From: the human T2T-CHM13v2.0 reference genome, Homo sapiens
Assembly (NCBI RefSeq): GCF_009914755.1
Contig: NC_060926.1
Direction: 5' to 3' (one strand)
DNA length: 64,000 nt
Shown here piece by piece: positions 1 through 13,067 of the stretch. Position 1 is the first letter of the stretch. The number at the start of each line of letters is the position of its first letter. The notes below the pieces were generated by a model that was not told the origin of the DNA, did no database searches, and saw only the letters and a program-made list of their open reading frames with translations. A program made the position numbers and the translations under genes.

Positions 1-2832
1 GCCAGAACTGACTCACTCAGGAATGTGTAGACTTTGGCATCAGGGGCTGCTTTAATTTGCACAATTTCCAAATACCTCTTTTTTCTTCTTTTTCTGATGA
101 GTCATCTCCCTAGACTTGCATTTTAAAGAGACAGATAGTTATCAGGTTCCAGAGAAGACATGGTAGAATGTTTATATCTCAAAGGCACAGAGTTGAGACT
201 TCAGGTTTAGATACTATCATTTGCCTAAACCAAAAAGGAGCGTGTAGGTAAAGTTCTAGTCAAGACAGGATGGCCAGGAAAAACACCTTAAACCAAGGGA
301 CGGCTTGCTTTGCTGATTTAAGCCAATGGCTTCTTTATCATAAGACTTCCCAGTAATTTAGTCCTTCCTCTCTTCCAGTGCACAGAGACATACCCCTCCT
401 TACAAATAAAAATTTTCTTTATAGATGTAAATTTATTTTACAAAAATGTTTCAAAATAACCAGATGAAAATCATCATTATGCCAGAAAGACTTGTTTTTT
501 TTTTTTTTCTCATTAATAGAAACGAAACAGTAAGTATTTGTTGTATTGACGTACTTAGGCTCAGACCTATGTTTAACAAGAAAGCCTAATAATAGCACTG
601 TGGTTAGACTCTAGCCATCATTTAATTATTTAGGAAATAAAGGATCAAATACCTTTCATTCATCTGATATGATTCTTTAAAACACATTCCACTAATAAGT
701 CCCATTTGGAACAGCTGAAAATCTTTTAGTAAAAGCTTTTTAAAGATGAGCTCGTGGCTTAGTGTAAATTTCACAAGCTTAATTAGGTCAAATGGAAGGA
801 ACTCAGATGAGTAGTTGCCCAATCAGAGCCCATTATTTGTAAGTCATCAGCCCCCTTCATGACCTAAAAACTCTACTCTGACCTAGTTATTGCAAACCTA
901 TATACAACAAAGTGAAAGGATTAATTTTCATTCATCAACCTCTCAATCCTAGATTTTCAAAGAAAAAACCTATCTAAGGAATACTTACAAAAATCAGACA
1001 GGAAAATTAGAGCCTGCATACTTAAGAGTCAAATTTGTTCCACTACAGCCAGGTCGCATACAATTACATCATTTGGTTCTTCGTACACGCTAGAACTGAC
1101 CAGGACAGAGTTTAGCGTAGAAAAACTGTAAGAAATAGGTTCCTACACATAGGAATTGCAAAGTTCAAAAGGGTATGAAGAAAACTAATATAAATGAGAG
1201 ACTCCCCTCCGTTTTAAAGAAATACACGCTCTCTAAAAATATACGCAATTTTTACAAATACATTTATAAGTTGTTTTTATCTTAAAAATTGGGGATATTT
1301 CACATTTATAACTAATTATTGAGACTTAAGTTTTCTTGGCCATTTCTAGGCTAATAAACTAAGAATCATTTAAACTAAGCCAAAGTAGAATAGATATAAA
1401 AGTCCTGAACACTTCAACTTCCTACTCTTCAAGAAGTATACCCGGCAAAGCTCATTTGAGAGAGGAAATGCTTTCCTCCACCCTCTGTTTTACAGCGCTG
1501 AGGCTTCTTATCACAGTTCTATGACTTGTAGCTTAAATCCATGTTACATGGTCACTGACATTGTTGGTGCTTCTCTTTTAACACTGTAGGAATTAATTCG
1601 GTGGCATATTTAATTAATTTTATCACTAGCCTGGCTGCTGGCCACCCTTCTCAACAAGGAAATTAAGTCAGAAAGGCTTATTTTCACTAAGTAAGACTTC
1701 GGGAACATGGCAAAGTTCATGACAATAAGAAAGAAGTGGCAGCAAGGGTTGGAAAAGAGTGGTTTCAGTCAACTGAGAGGTTCCCATGGGAGAAGCAGGA
1801 TCAAAGAGAGAGAGAGAGAAAACAGGGAGGGCTGATTAGATTAGTCGATAGTTGTCCCAAGAGTGATGCCTTTGAGGGCTTCCCTTAGTGGGGAAACAGT
1901 CCAGGCCAAAGGGATGACCCATGAGATGGCTGCTGTAAAAGTGGACAATTCTTTTTCCAGTGGCCTGGCTATTTGCAAAAAAGGCAGACATCTTAGGGCA
2001 CAGGGGTGTTTAGTTTGCATGCACAAGTACAAGTACTCTCAATCCCTGCAGTTGTTGTAACTGGGAAGACACGCACCTATTTACCTTTGTAAGGGTTTCC
2101 CCACTGTCACCACTGTAACTCTAGGTTATCTTGAGGGAGGCCAAACTTATCTATCTACTGAACCCAGTCCAGTTTCCATCTGATCATCAGACTGAGTGGC
2201 CTCCTACCTCGATCCAATGCAGTTCACAATCAAATCCAACTTGATGCTGGACTCAGTCAAGTTTTTGCCAATGACTCGTCAGCTACCCAAACCTCAAAAG
2301 GCCGTATATTATCTCACAGCAGAAACTGGCCATTGGCACCCATCCCAAGATAATTTGCCCTCTCACAGCACAAAACCCTGGATTTGAAACCCAAAAGGAT
2401 CAAGGTTCAATGCAAAAAGAACAGAGTCTGGCCTAAGAGGAATGTACAACCTCAGAAGGAGGGCAAAGGGGCCAGCAGTGTCTTTCCTGCTTTCCTCAAG
2501 GGGTCTTGGGAGGTGGATCCCATTCAGCTTGCCAGAACTCTCAAAAGACAAAATTACAACAAATTTAGTTTAAAGATCTTATTTAGCTTTTATTTATTAT
2601 TTCAGAATCAACTTTGAAACCCAGTCTGGATAAAAAAATTGGCTTAAACAAATGCATAGCTCAAAACACAAATTCTTGGAGCTTCAAAATTTGAGAGAGA
2701 ACTTGCCCAGGACCCCTGCTGCTGTGAGAGATCTGTGTGCACAATGGGCCTGGTGGGTCGCTGTGCTTGGCCACTCCATGCTTCTGGGGTTTGATGGAAG
2801 TTCTACTTCAGATTGCATTTCCTACACGAATC
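1..2832 (-). mobile_element. Degenerate ERV1-class internal sequence (MER57/MER4-group-like)
   Basis: Directly follows the minus-strand LTR at 2833-3259, with a PBS-like region at ~2800-2832. No intact ORF. Family name from memory. Confidence 0.55.
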
Positions 2833-3259
2833 TGTTAAAAAAAAAAAAAAAACCTTTACATACATTAAATTTAGCAGAGTTTATTTGAGCAAAGAAACAA
2901 TTTAGGAATCAGGCATCAGTTTGCACCAAAAATGGCTCAGAACACTCCATGCCACCGTATGTGCAGGTTATATTTACAGCTAGAGAAAAAGAAGTGCACG
3001 GAAACAGCCTGATTGGCTGCTGTTGGCATTTACCTTATATAGTCATGTTTTGGCAGCTTTCAGCCTCTGATTGGCTGAAGGCTCAGCTGTTTTCATTGGC
3101 TGAGACATAGTTACATGTTATAAGACTACAGTCTTGGGTTAAGTTAGTTATTTTTACACATTAAGTTAGGTTTCAACTAGCTATGTATAGAGAACTCATT
3201 AGGCCAAACTTAAAATAAGTATGGAGGCAGCTTTAGGACAAAGATAATTCAATTTAACA
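2833..3259 (-). mobile_element. ERV1 LTR, MER57-like (5' LTR of the element to its left)
   Basis: TGTT...AACA termini; reverse complement begins TGTTAAATTG...CCTAAAGCTGCCTCCATACTTATTTTAAGTTTGGCCT, resembling the MER57 start. Confidence 0.65.
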
Positions 3260-3264
3260 ATACC

Positions 3265-3720
3265 CTTATGTATATTTTACGCTTTTTATGTATTTCTATA
3301 TATATTAATAAATATAAGTAGTTGTATGTACATATATAAAAACATACCTATGTGTGTGCATACACATGTATGTGAGTATATATGTTTGCTTCTACCTTGT
3401 ATGAGCAAAGTATGCCAGAGTGGCAGAGTGCTACATATATATGTGTAAATTTCTATATTAAATATATTTATGTATGTTACCTATATATTTATATGCTCAT
3501 AAATATATGTTTCCTTGAATAGTCACCTATGTTCTATATTTCTAAATTTATAAATATGCATATTTATGTGTGTGTATATGTACATATATTTATATTTAAT
3601 TTTTATGTGTTGCTTCTGCCTTATTTGTTAAGGTAGCCCAAAATGGCAGAGAGATTACATATGTATGCTATAAATGTTTATACTATATATATTATGTTTA
3701 TGTATATATTTATATATGTT
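3265..3720. repeat. Degenerate (TA)n/(TATG)n low-complexity tract
   Basis: Visible alternating TA/TG runs. Confidence 0.85.
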
Positions 3721-3847
3721 ACGTAGTTCTTTTTTTCAAGAATTTGAAAAAGTTTCTAAATTGAGGAAAAATTTACATAAGATTAAGCACTTTAAAGTGT
3801 ATCATTCAGTGACATTTAGGACATTCTTAACACTCTCTAGTTCCAGA

Positions 3848-4121
3848 ATTTTTTTTCTTTTTTGAGAGGGGTCTCATTCTGTCCCTTATGCTGGAGTGTG
3901 GTGATGAGATTTTGACTCACTGCAATCTCCACCTCCCAGGCTCAATCAATCTTCCCACCTCAGCCTTCTGAATAGCTGGGACCACAGGCACGTGTGCCAC
4001 CACGCCCAGCTAATTCTTCGTATTTTTTTTGGTAAACATGGGGTTTCACCATGTTGCCCAGGCTGGTCTTGAACTCCTTAGCTCAGGTGATCCACCTGCC
4101 TTGGCCTCCCAAAGTGCTGGG
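3848..4121 (-). mobile_element. Alu (AluJ-like), 5' end clipped
   Basis: T-rich tail followed by the Alu reverse complement, ending CTCCCAAAGTGCTGGG. Confidence 0.9.
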
Positions 4122-4759
4122 AGTTTTTATAGTTCGAAGTCTTACATTTAAGTCTTTAATCCCTCTTGAGTTAATTTTTGTATATGGTGATAAGTAGGGG
4201 TCTAGTTTCATTCTGGCATCTAGATAGCCAGTTATCCTGGAATCATTTATTGAATAGGAAGCCCTTTTCCTATTGCTTATTTTTGTCACCTTTGCCAAAG
4301 ATCAGTTAGTTGTAGACGTGTGGCTTCATTTCTGGGTTCTTTATCCTGTTCTAATGGTCTATGTGTCTGTTTTTGTACCAATACCATGCTGTTTTGGTTA
4401 CTGTAGCCTTGTAGTATAGTTTGAAGTGAGGTAGTGTGATGCCTCCCGCTTTGTTCTTTTTGCTTAGGATTGCTTTGGTGATTTGTGCTCCTTTTTAGTT
4501 CCTTATAAATTTTAGAATAGGTTTTTTTTCTAATTCTGTGAAAAATGACATTGGTAGTTTGATAGGAATAACATTGAATCTAGAGATTGCTTTTGATAGT
4601 ATGTGGCAATTTTAACAATATTGATTCTTTCTATCCTTGAGCATGGAGTGTTTTTCGATTTGTTTGGGTCAGCTCTGATTTCTTTCAGCAGTGCTTTGTA
4701 ATTCTTGTTTTCTTGTTGTAGAGATCTTTCACCTCCCTGGTTCCCTTTATTCCTTGGTA

Positions 4760-4761
<2 letters not shown>

Positions 4762-4800
<39 letters not shown>
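4762..4800. repeat. (TG)n microsatellite
   Basis: Perfect TG run. Confidence 0.97.
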
Positions 4801-4801
<1 letters not shown>

Positions 4802-7024
4802 TATTGTGAATTAAATGGCATTCTTGATTTGGCACTCAGCCTGGATATTGTTGGTGTATAGAAATACTGCTGATTTGTGTACCTTGATTTTGTATCCTGA
4901 AACTTTGCTGAAGTTGTTTATTAGATCTAGGAGCTTTTAGGCAGAGACTATGGGGTTTTCTAGGTATAAAATCATGTTATCTGCAAACAGAGATAGTTTG
5001 ACTTCCTGTCTTCCTATTTGGATGCCTTTACTTCTTTCTCTTGCCTGATTGTCCTGGCTAGGATTTCTAGTACTGTGTTAAATAGGAGTGATGGGAGTGG
5101 GTATCCTTGTCTTGTTCCACTTCTCAAGGGGAATGATCCCAGCTTCTGCCTGTTCAGTGTGATGTTGGCCGTGGGTTTGTCATAAATGGCTCTCATTATT
5201 TTGAGGTATGTTCCCTCAATACCTAGTTTATTAAGGGTTTTTAACATAAAGGGATGTTGAATTTTATCAAAAGTCTTTTTTGCATCTATTGAGATGATTA
5301 TGTGGTTTTTGTTTTCAGTTCTGTTTATGTGATAAGTCACATTTATTGATTTGCATATGTTGAACCAACCTTGCATCCCAGGCATAAACCCTGCTTGATT
5401 ATGGTGGATTAGCTTTTTGATGTGCTGGTAGATTCAGTTTGCTAGTATTTTGTTGAGGATTTTTGCATCTGTGTTCATCAAGGATATTGGCCTGTAGTTT
5501 TTTCTTTGCTGTGTCTCTGCCAGGCTTTGGTATCAGAATGATGCTTGCCTCATAGAATGAGTTAGTGAGGAGTCTCTGGTCCTCAATTGTTTGGAATAGT
5601 TTCAAGCAGGGATGGTAGCAGCTCTTCTTTATACGTCTGGTAGAATTTGGCTGTGAATTCATCTGATCCTGGGCTTTTTCTTGCTCAAAATCATAAAATT
5701 AGATGGAAATTATTTTATTACTGATTCAATTTCAAAACTCATTATTAGTCTGTTCAGGGTTTCAGTTTCTTCCTGGTTCAATTTTGGGGAGTTGTGTTTT
5801 CAGGAATTTTTCCACATTTTGTAGGTTTTCTAGTTTGTGTGCCTAGAGGTGTTCATAATGGTCTCAGAGTTTTTGTATTTCTGTAGGGTCATTGATAATG
5901 TCTCCTTTGTCAATTTTGATTGTGTTTATTTGGATTTTCTCTTTCTTCTGCTGTTAGTCTAGTTAGCGTTCTAGCTATCTTATTTAGTCTTTAAAAAAAA
6001 CTTCTGGTTTTATTGATCTTTTGTATGTTTTTTCATGCATCACTTTATTTCAGTTCGGCTCTGATTTCAGTTATTTCTTGTCTTCTTCTAGTTTTAGGGT
6101 TGGTTTGATCTTGTTTTTCTAGTTCTTCTAGGTGTGATGCTATGTTGTTAATTGGAGATCTTTCTAACTTTTTGACATGAGCATTTAATGCTATAAACTT
6201 TCCTCTTAACAGTGCTTTAGCTGTGTCACACAGATTCTGGTATGTCTTATCTTTTTTTTCTTTGGTTTTGAAGCTTTATTTCTGCCTTAATTTCATAATT
6301 TACCTAGCAGTCATTCAAGAGCAGGTTGTTCAATTTCCATGTAATTTTATGGTTTTGAGCAATCTTCTTAGTATTTGCTTCTATTTTTATTGTGCTGTGG
6401 TTTGAGAGTGTAATTGGTATGATTTCAATTTTTAAAAATTTTTTGAGAATTGTTTTTTGTCTGATTGTGTGGTCAGTTTTAGAGTATGCACCACGTGGTG
6501 ATGAGAATAATATATATTCTGTTGTTTTGGGGTGGGGAATTCTGTAGATGTCTGTTAGTTCCATTTGGTCAAGTGTTGAGTTCAGGTCATATATTTTTTA
6601 GTTTTCTGCCTTGATGATCTGTCTAATACTGTCAGTGGAGGGTTGAAGTCTCCCACTATGATTGTGTGGAAATTTAAGTCTCCTCACAGGTCTCTAAGAA
6701 CTTGTTTTTATGAATCTGGGTGCTCCCTGGGTGCACACATAATTCTTGTGTTGGATGCATATATATTTAGAAGAGTTAAGTCTTCTTGTTGAATTGAACA
6801 CTTTACCATTATGTAATGCCCTTCTTTGTATTTTTTGATTGTTGTTGACTTAAAGTCTGTTTTGTCTGAAATTAGAATAGCAGCCCCTGCTATTTTTTTG
6901 TTTGTTTGTTTTGTTTTTGTTTTCTGTTTACTTGGTAGATTTTCCTCCATCCCGTTACTTTGAGCCTATCTGTGTCATTGCATGTGTGAGATGGGTCTCT
7001 TGAAGATGGCATACAGTTGGGTCT

Positions 7025-7332
7025 TGTTTGTTTGTTTGTTTGTTTTTAATTTTTTGAGACCGTTCTGTCTCTTTCACCCATGCTGGAATGCAGTGGCACA
7101 ATTATGGCTTACTGAAGCCTCAATCTCCTGAGTTCAGGTGATCTTTACACTTCAACTTCTGGAGTAGCTGGGACTACAAGTGCAGGCCACCGTGCCTAAC
7201 TAATTTTATATTTTTTATAGAGATGAGTTTTTCCCATGTTGCCCAGGCTGGTCTCGAACACCTGGGCTTAAGCGATCTGCCCACCTTGGTCTCCCAAAGT
7301 GCTGGGATTACAGACATGAGCCATTGCACCCA
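7025..7332 (-). mobile_element. Alu (AluJ-like) inserted in L1
   Basis: (TTTG)n tail followed by the dimeric Alu reverse complement. Confidence 0.9.
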
Positions 7333-7569
7333 AGTGGGTCTCGCTTCTTTATTCAACTTGCCACTCTGTGCATTTCAATTGGGGTATTTAGCCCACTTAC
7401 ATTCAAAGTTAATAATTCTATGTACGGAATTGATCCTGTCCTTATATATATATATTTTTAGCTGGTTATTATGCAGACTAGACTTGATTTTGTAGTTGCT
7501 TTGTAGCATTAATGGTCTATGTATTTAAGTGTGTTTTTGTGATGACTGGTAATGGTCTTTTGTTTTCAT

Positions 7570-7868
7570 ATTTATTTTATTTTATTTTGAGACAGGATCT
7601 CACTCTGCTGCCCAGGCAGAGTGCAATGGTATGATCTGGGCTCACTGCAACCTCTGCTTCCTGGGCTCAAGCCATCCTCCTGCCTTAGTCTCCTGAGTGG
7701 TTGGGACCACAGGCGCATACCACCATTCCTAGCTGATTTTTATATTTTTTGTAGAGACAGGGTTTCACCATGTTGCCCAGTCTGGTTTTGAACTCCTGGG
7801 CTCAAGTGATCCGCCTGCCTCAGCCTCCTGAAGTGCTAGGATTACAGGCGTGAGCCACTGCGCCTGGC
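7570..7868 (-). mobile_element. Alu (AluJ-like) inserted in L1
   Basis: (TTTTA)n tail; ends GAGCCACTGCGCCTGGC. Confidence 0.92.
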
Positions 7869-8009
7869 TTGTTTCTATATTTAACACTCCCTTAGAGACC
7901 TCTTTTAAGGCAGGTCTGGTGGTGATAAATTCCCTTAACATTTGCTTGTCTGAAAAGTATCTTCTCCTTTGCTTATGAAGTTTGTTTGACTGTATATGAA
8001 ATTTTTGGG

Positions 8010-11000
8010 CTCCCCGGCATTGCGCCATCAAAAACAAAGTCGTTCTCCAACTTCTTGTCCTGCATCGCTGCCATCGCAGCTCTCAGCACTAAAAAGGTGG
8101 CATCAGACTCCTCCAAAGAACAAGTGGCCAATTCGAGGGAATCCTCCTCGTTATCAAAAGAAGTAAACGACAGTCCGAGAGCCGCCGACAAGTCTCCTGA
8201 ATCCCAGAATCTCATCGACGGGACCAAAAAAACATCCCTAAAGCAACTGGATAGTCCCAGAAACATCTCAAGTGAGAACAGCATCAAAGGAACCCCGGCT
8301 TCTCCCGCAGGGTCCACACCACCAATCCCCAAAGTCCGCATAAAAACCACTAAGACGTCTTCTGGGGAAATCAAGAGAACAGTGACCAGGGTATTGCCAG
8401 AAGTGGATCTTGACTCTGGGAAGAAACCTTCCGAGCAGACGGTGTCTGTGATGGCCTCTGTGACATCCCTTCTGTCGTCTCCCGCATCAGCTGCCACCCT
8501 TTCCCTTTCCTCTTCCGCCAGGGTGCCTCTCCAGTCTGCAGTGGTGACCAATGCAGTTTCCTCTGCAGAGCCCACCCCTAAACAGGTCACAATCAAGCCT
8601 GTGGCTACTGCTTTCCTCCCAGTGTCTGCTGTGAAGACAGCAGGATCCCAAGTCATTAATTTGAAGCTCGCTAACAACACCACGGTGAAAGCCACGGTCG
8701 TACCTGCTGCCTCTGTCCAGAGTGCCAGCAGCACCATCATTAAAGCTGCCAATGCCATCCAGCAGCAAACTGTCATGATGCCAGCATCCAGCCTGGCCAA
8801 TGCCAAACTTGTGCCAAAGACTGCATCTTGCCAACCTTAACCTTCTGCCTCAGGTTGCCCAGGCCACCTCTGAACTCTGCCAAGTGTCAATCAAAACTCA
8901 GCAACAGATAAAGAAGGCAATAATTAATGCAGCAGCCTCACAAGCCCCCAGAAAGGTGTCTCGAGTCCGGGTGGTGTCGTCCTTGCAGAGTTCTGTGGTG
9001 GAAACTTTCAACAAGGTGCTGAGCAGTGTCAATCCAGTCCATTTACATCCCAAACCTCAGTCCTCCTGCCAATGCAGGGATCACATTACTGATGCCTTGG
9101 TACAAGTGCTTGGAGTGTAGGGACTCCTTTGAACTTGAAAAGAGTCTGACCCAGCACTATGACAGATGGAGCGTGTGCATCGAAGTAACATGCAACCTTT
9201 GTACAAAGAACCTCGTTTTTTTACAACAAATGCAGCCTCCTTTCCCATGCCCGTGGGCATAAGGAGAAAGGGGTGGTAATGCAATGTTCCTACTCAATTT
9301 TAAAGCCAGTCCCAGCAGGTCAAACGATAGTTTCTCCATCAACCAATACTTCTTCTTCATCAGAGGAAAAATCCACTCTTCAGAGCCCTGTGGGAGCTGG
9401 CATACACACTGTCACAAAAATTCAGTCTGGCATAACTGGGACAGTCATATCGGCTCCTTCAAGAACTCCCAGCACTACAGCCATGCCCCTAGATGAAGAC
9501 CCCTCCAAGCTGTGTAGACATAATCTAAAATGTTTGGAGTGTAATGAAATCTTCCAGGACAAGACATCGCTGGCTACACATTTCCAGCAGGCTGCAGATA
9601 TGAGTGGACAAAAGACTTGTACTATCTGCCAGATGCTGCTTCCTAACCAGTGCAGAGAATCCATCAGCACAAATCTCCTTACACCTGCCCTGAGTGCAGG
9701 GCCATCTGCAGGTTGGTGCACTTCCAGACCCACGTCACCAAGAACTGTCTGCACTACACAAGGAGAGTTGGTTTTTGATGTGTACGTTGCAATGTTGTGT
9801 ACTCTGATGTGGCTGCTCTGAAGTCTCGCATTCAAGGTTCTCACTGTGAAGTCTTCTACAAGTGTCCTATTTGTCCAATGACGTTTAAGTCTGCCCCAAG
9901 CACACATTCCCACACCTACACACAGCATCCTAGCATCAAGATAGGAGAATCAAAAATAATATATAAGTGTTCCATGTGCAACACTGTGTTCACCCTGCAA
10001 ACCTTGCTGTATCGCCACTTTGACCAACACATTGAAAACCAGAAGGTGTCTGTTCTCAGGTGTCCAGACTGTTCTCTTTTATATGCACAGAAGCAACTTA
10101 TGGTGGACCATATCAAGTCTATGCATGGGACATTGCAAAGCATTGAAGGGCCAACTTGGGTGTAAACTTGCCTTTGAGCATTAAGCCTGCAACTTATAAT
10201 TCAGCATATCAGAACAAAGAGGACAGCAAATCCATGAATGGGAAAGAGAAATTGGAAAAGAAATCTCCATCTCCTTTGAAAAAAATCAGTGGAAACCAAG
10301 AAAGTGGCCAGTCCTGGGTGGACATGTTGGGAGTGTGACCGCCTGTTCATGCAGAGAGATGTGTACATATCCCACGTCAGGAAGGAGCATGGGAAACAAA
10401 TGAAGAAACAACCCTGCTGCCAGCGTGACAAGCCTTTCAGCTCATCCCACAGCCTGTGCTGGCACAACCGGATCAAGCACAAAGTCATCAGGAAAGTGTA
10501 CACCTGTTCACACTGCTCAGACTCTAGAGGTACCTTTACCAAACAGTTGATGTTGGAGAAGCATGTCCAGCTGACGCATGGCATCAAGGACCCTGACCTG
10601 AAAGAAATGACAGACGCCATCAATGAGGAGGAAACAGAAATAAAAGAAGACCCCAAGGTCCCCAGTCCCAAGTGGAAGTTGAAAGAACCGGTTCTGGAGT
10701 TCAGGCCTCCCAGAGGAGCAATCACTCAACCAAAGCTGAAAATCAATGTTTTTAAGGTTCACAAGTGTGCCGTGTGTGGCTTCACCACCGAAAACCTGCT
10801 GCAGTTCCACGAACACATCCCTCAGCACAAATCGGATGGTTCTTTCTACCAGTGCCGGGAGTGTGGCCTCTGCTACATGTCACGTCTCTCTGTCCAGGCA
10901 CCTCTTTGTTGTACACAAGTTAAAGGAACCTCAGCCAGTGTCCAAGCAAAACGGGGCTGGGGAAGATAACCAACAGGAGAACAAACCCAGTCACGAGGAT

Positions 11001-12622
11001 GAATCTCCCAATGGCGCCATGTCAGACAGAAAGTGCAAAGTGTGCGCAAAAACTTTTGAAACTGAAGCTGCCTTAAACACTCACATGCAGACACATGGTA
11101 TGGCCTTCATCAAATCCAAAAGGATGAGCTCAGACGAGAAATAGCCACAGACGCTCCATGAGGAAAATCCCTGTCCACATTGGCATAAGACACTTTTGTT
11201 ACACAAAGTTTGCAGTATAATAGAGTTAACAATACTGTCTAGGCTGTTGCAATATATTCTCTTTCAACGTGCCTTCCTTCTTCATCTTGTCATATATATC
11301 CTCATTAAGTATTAAAACAGATTTTGAGTTTAAAAGAGTTTGTATATATTTAAATGAATAACTTTTTATACTCTGTTACATGTTTGTATCAGTATTCAGT
11401 GGAAAACGTTTTGAGTTGTTTTGGGTTAGAATTTTTCTTTTTGTGCTGTTTCTTTAAAACAGAGTTCTTAGTAACAGGGGCAGTTCCTGAATTCAAATAA
11501 ATCATTTTGTATGTTTTGAATTTGAATGGGTTAACTAATTACAGGCTAAAATAATGCCTTTTTTAGTGTTTTTAATTTTTAGAATTCACTACATAAATTG
11601 GAAGTAATCGTGGGTCTCAAAAACACTAGGAACTTTTAAATGTCTTAGCACCTCCTCCATGTGCCTGCCCTGAGGGAGCGAGTACACGTTTGAGACAACT
11701 GCACTCCAGTGTGGGCGTGTCTTTGTCTTCAGGCCACGCCGAAGGGTGTCTAAAGCAGCCTTGCAGGTCGCTCCTTTCCCAGCCGTGGATAAAAACTGAA
11801 GCCAGGAATCTAATAAGGAATGCTGATTTCCTCAATTCCATTTTGAGGAATGGGGAAGGCTATTCTAAAGAAAAAAAAAATGGGACAGGTTTTCTGGGTA
11901 GATCTGCAAGTCTGGCTTTAAGAGCACAAGGAGGGAAAGTAACGAAAGGGCTGGACTACTGTAAAAGTTACAAATACGTAGTTAGACCAATAGATCTATA
12001 TAGTCAGGTTTTTGTCATGTAATTTATTAACTATTACAGAAACACAACTAAGAATATCAAGTATTTCTCTGGCTCTTGATAGAAAAAAAAATCAGCTGAC
12101 TTAATCCTTTGCTGTCAAAAGAGTTGGCGTTTCCTGTTCTGGGTGCTACTGCCAAACGTTCTGGTGCTTAGAGGTGGGATGCACGACGTCAACCACCGAC
12201 TTATCAATGCAGCCGGCTGTGTGTCACAATTGGCCGTTACCTTAAGCACTGAGCCACACGGGATTAGTTCAGCCATTTCAAGAGGTACATTTAACGTCGG
12301 CAGTTCTGCTTTACTAAAATGCAGTAGAGGTACTCTTCTGTCCCTTCCGTTTATAGTTCTCTGAGAGAGTTATATTTTTTGGTTTTGTTTTGTGTTTTCT
12401 TTTGAATTTTATATCTTGTATTTATCCCTGAACATGTTTTGTACTTTTTTTTTTTTAAGAAAAGGAATTATTTTGTGTATATATAGACACTTGCATGATA
12501 TACTGTAGTCAATGTTCGGTTCCTCGAAAGGTCTTGCTGCTGTCAGGTGTTATACACTCCATCCATCATAACTGTATGAAACACATTTCATATGTAAATA
12601 AACGTGGGACATTTGAAAAAAA
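8010..12622 (+). pseudogene. ZNF532: 5'-truncated processed pseudogene of ZNF532 (C2H2 zinc-finger protein)
   Basis: Consecutive frameshifted ORFs (7986-8840, 8800-9120, 9026-9262, 9273-9821, 9797-10165, 10289-10969, 10746-11144) match the recalled ZNF532 sequence ([53 protein letters not shown]). No introns; stop at 11142-11144, long 3'UTR, AATAAA at 12597-12602, A-tract at 12616-12622. The symbol names the parent gene. Confidence 0.93.
12597..12602 (+). terminator. Polyadenylation signal of the ZNF532 retrocopy
   Basis: AATAAA 13 nt upstream of the residual A7 tail. Confidence 0.8.
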
Positions 12623-12649
12623 TATTTTGTTCTATGTAGTTGAAAATCA

Positions 12650-12796
<147 letters not shown>

Positions 12797-12871
12797 TCAA
12801 TAATCTTGGGTGAAATGAGAACACAAAGCCAGAGAGACCAGGTTTCTGTAGTTCTCTAACATCGGATGCTA

Positions 12872-13033
<162 letters not shown>

Positions 13034-13067
13034 CTAGGAACAGAAGACACAGAGCAGTGAACAGGAG

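Larger units (their letters stand above)
4122..8008 (-). mobile_element. Older L1 (L1PB or late L1PA-like), end of ORF1 plus ORF2 fragment, interrupted by two Alus and a (TG)n
   Basis: Minus-strand ORFs give L1 ORF2 peptides ([15 protein letters not shown]; [15 protein letters not shown]; AILISDKTDFK), with many stops and frameshifts. Confidence 0.92.

Noticed and set aside
7973-8806. 277-aa minus-strand ORF with a hydrophobic N-terminus
   Set aside because: Antisense shadow of the ZNF532 retrocopy coding region; no independent gene signal.
7986-11144. ZNF532 as a functional CDS
   Set aside because: 5'-truncated, intronless, several frameshifts and deletions, residual A-tail.
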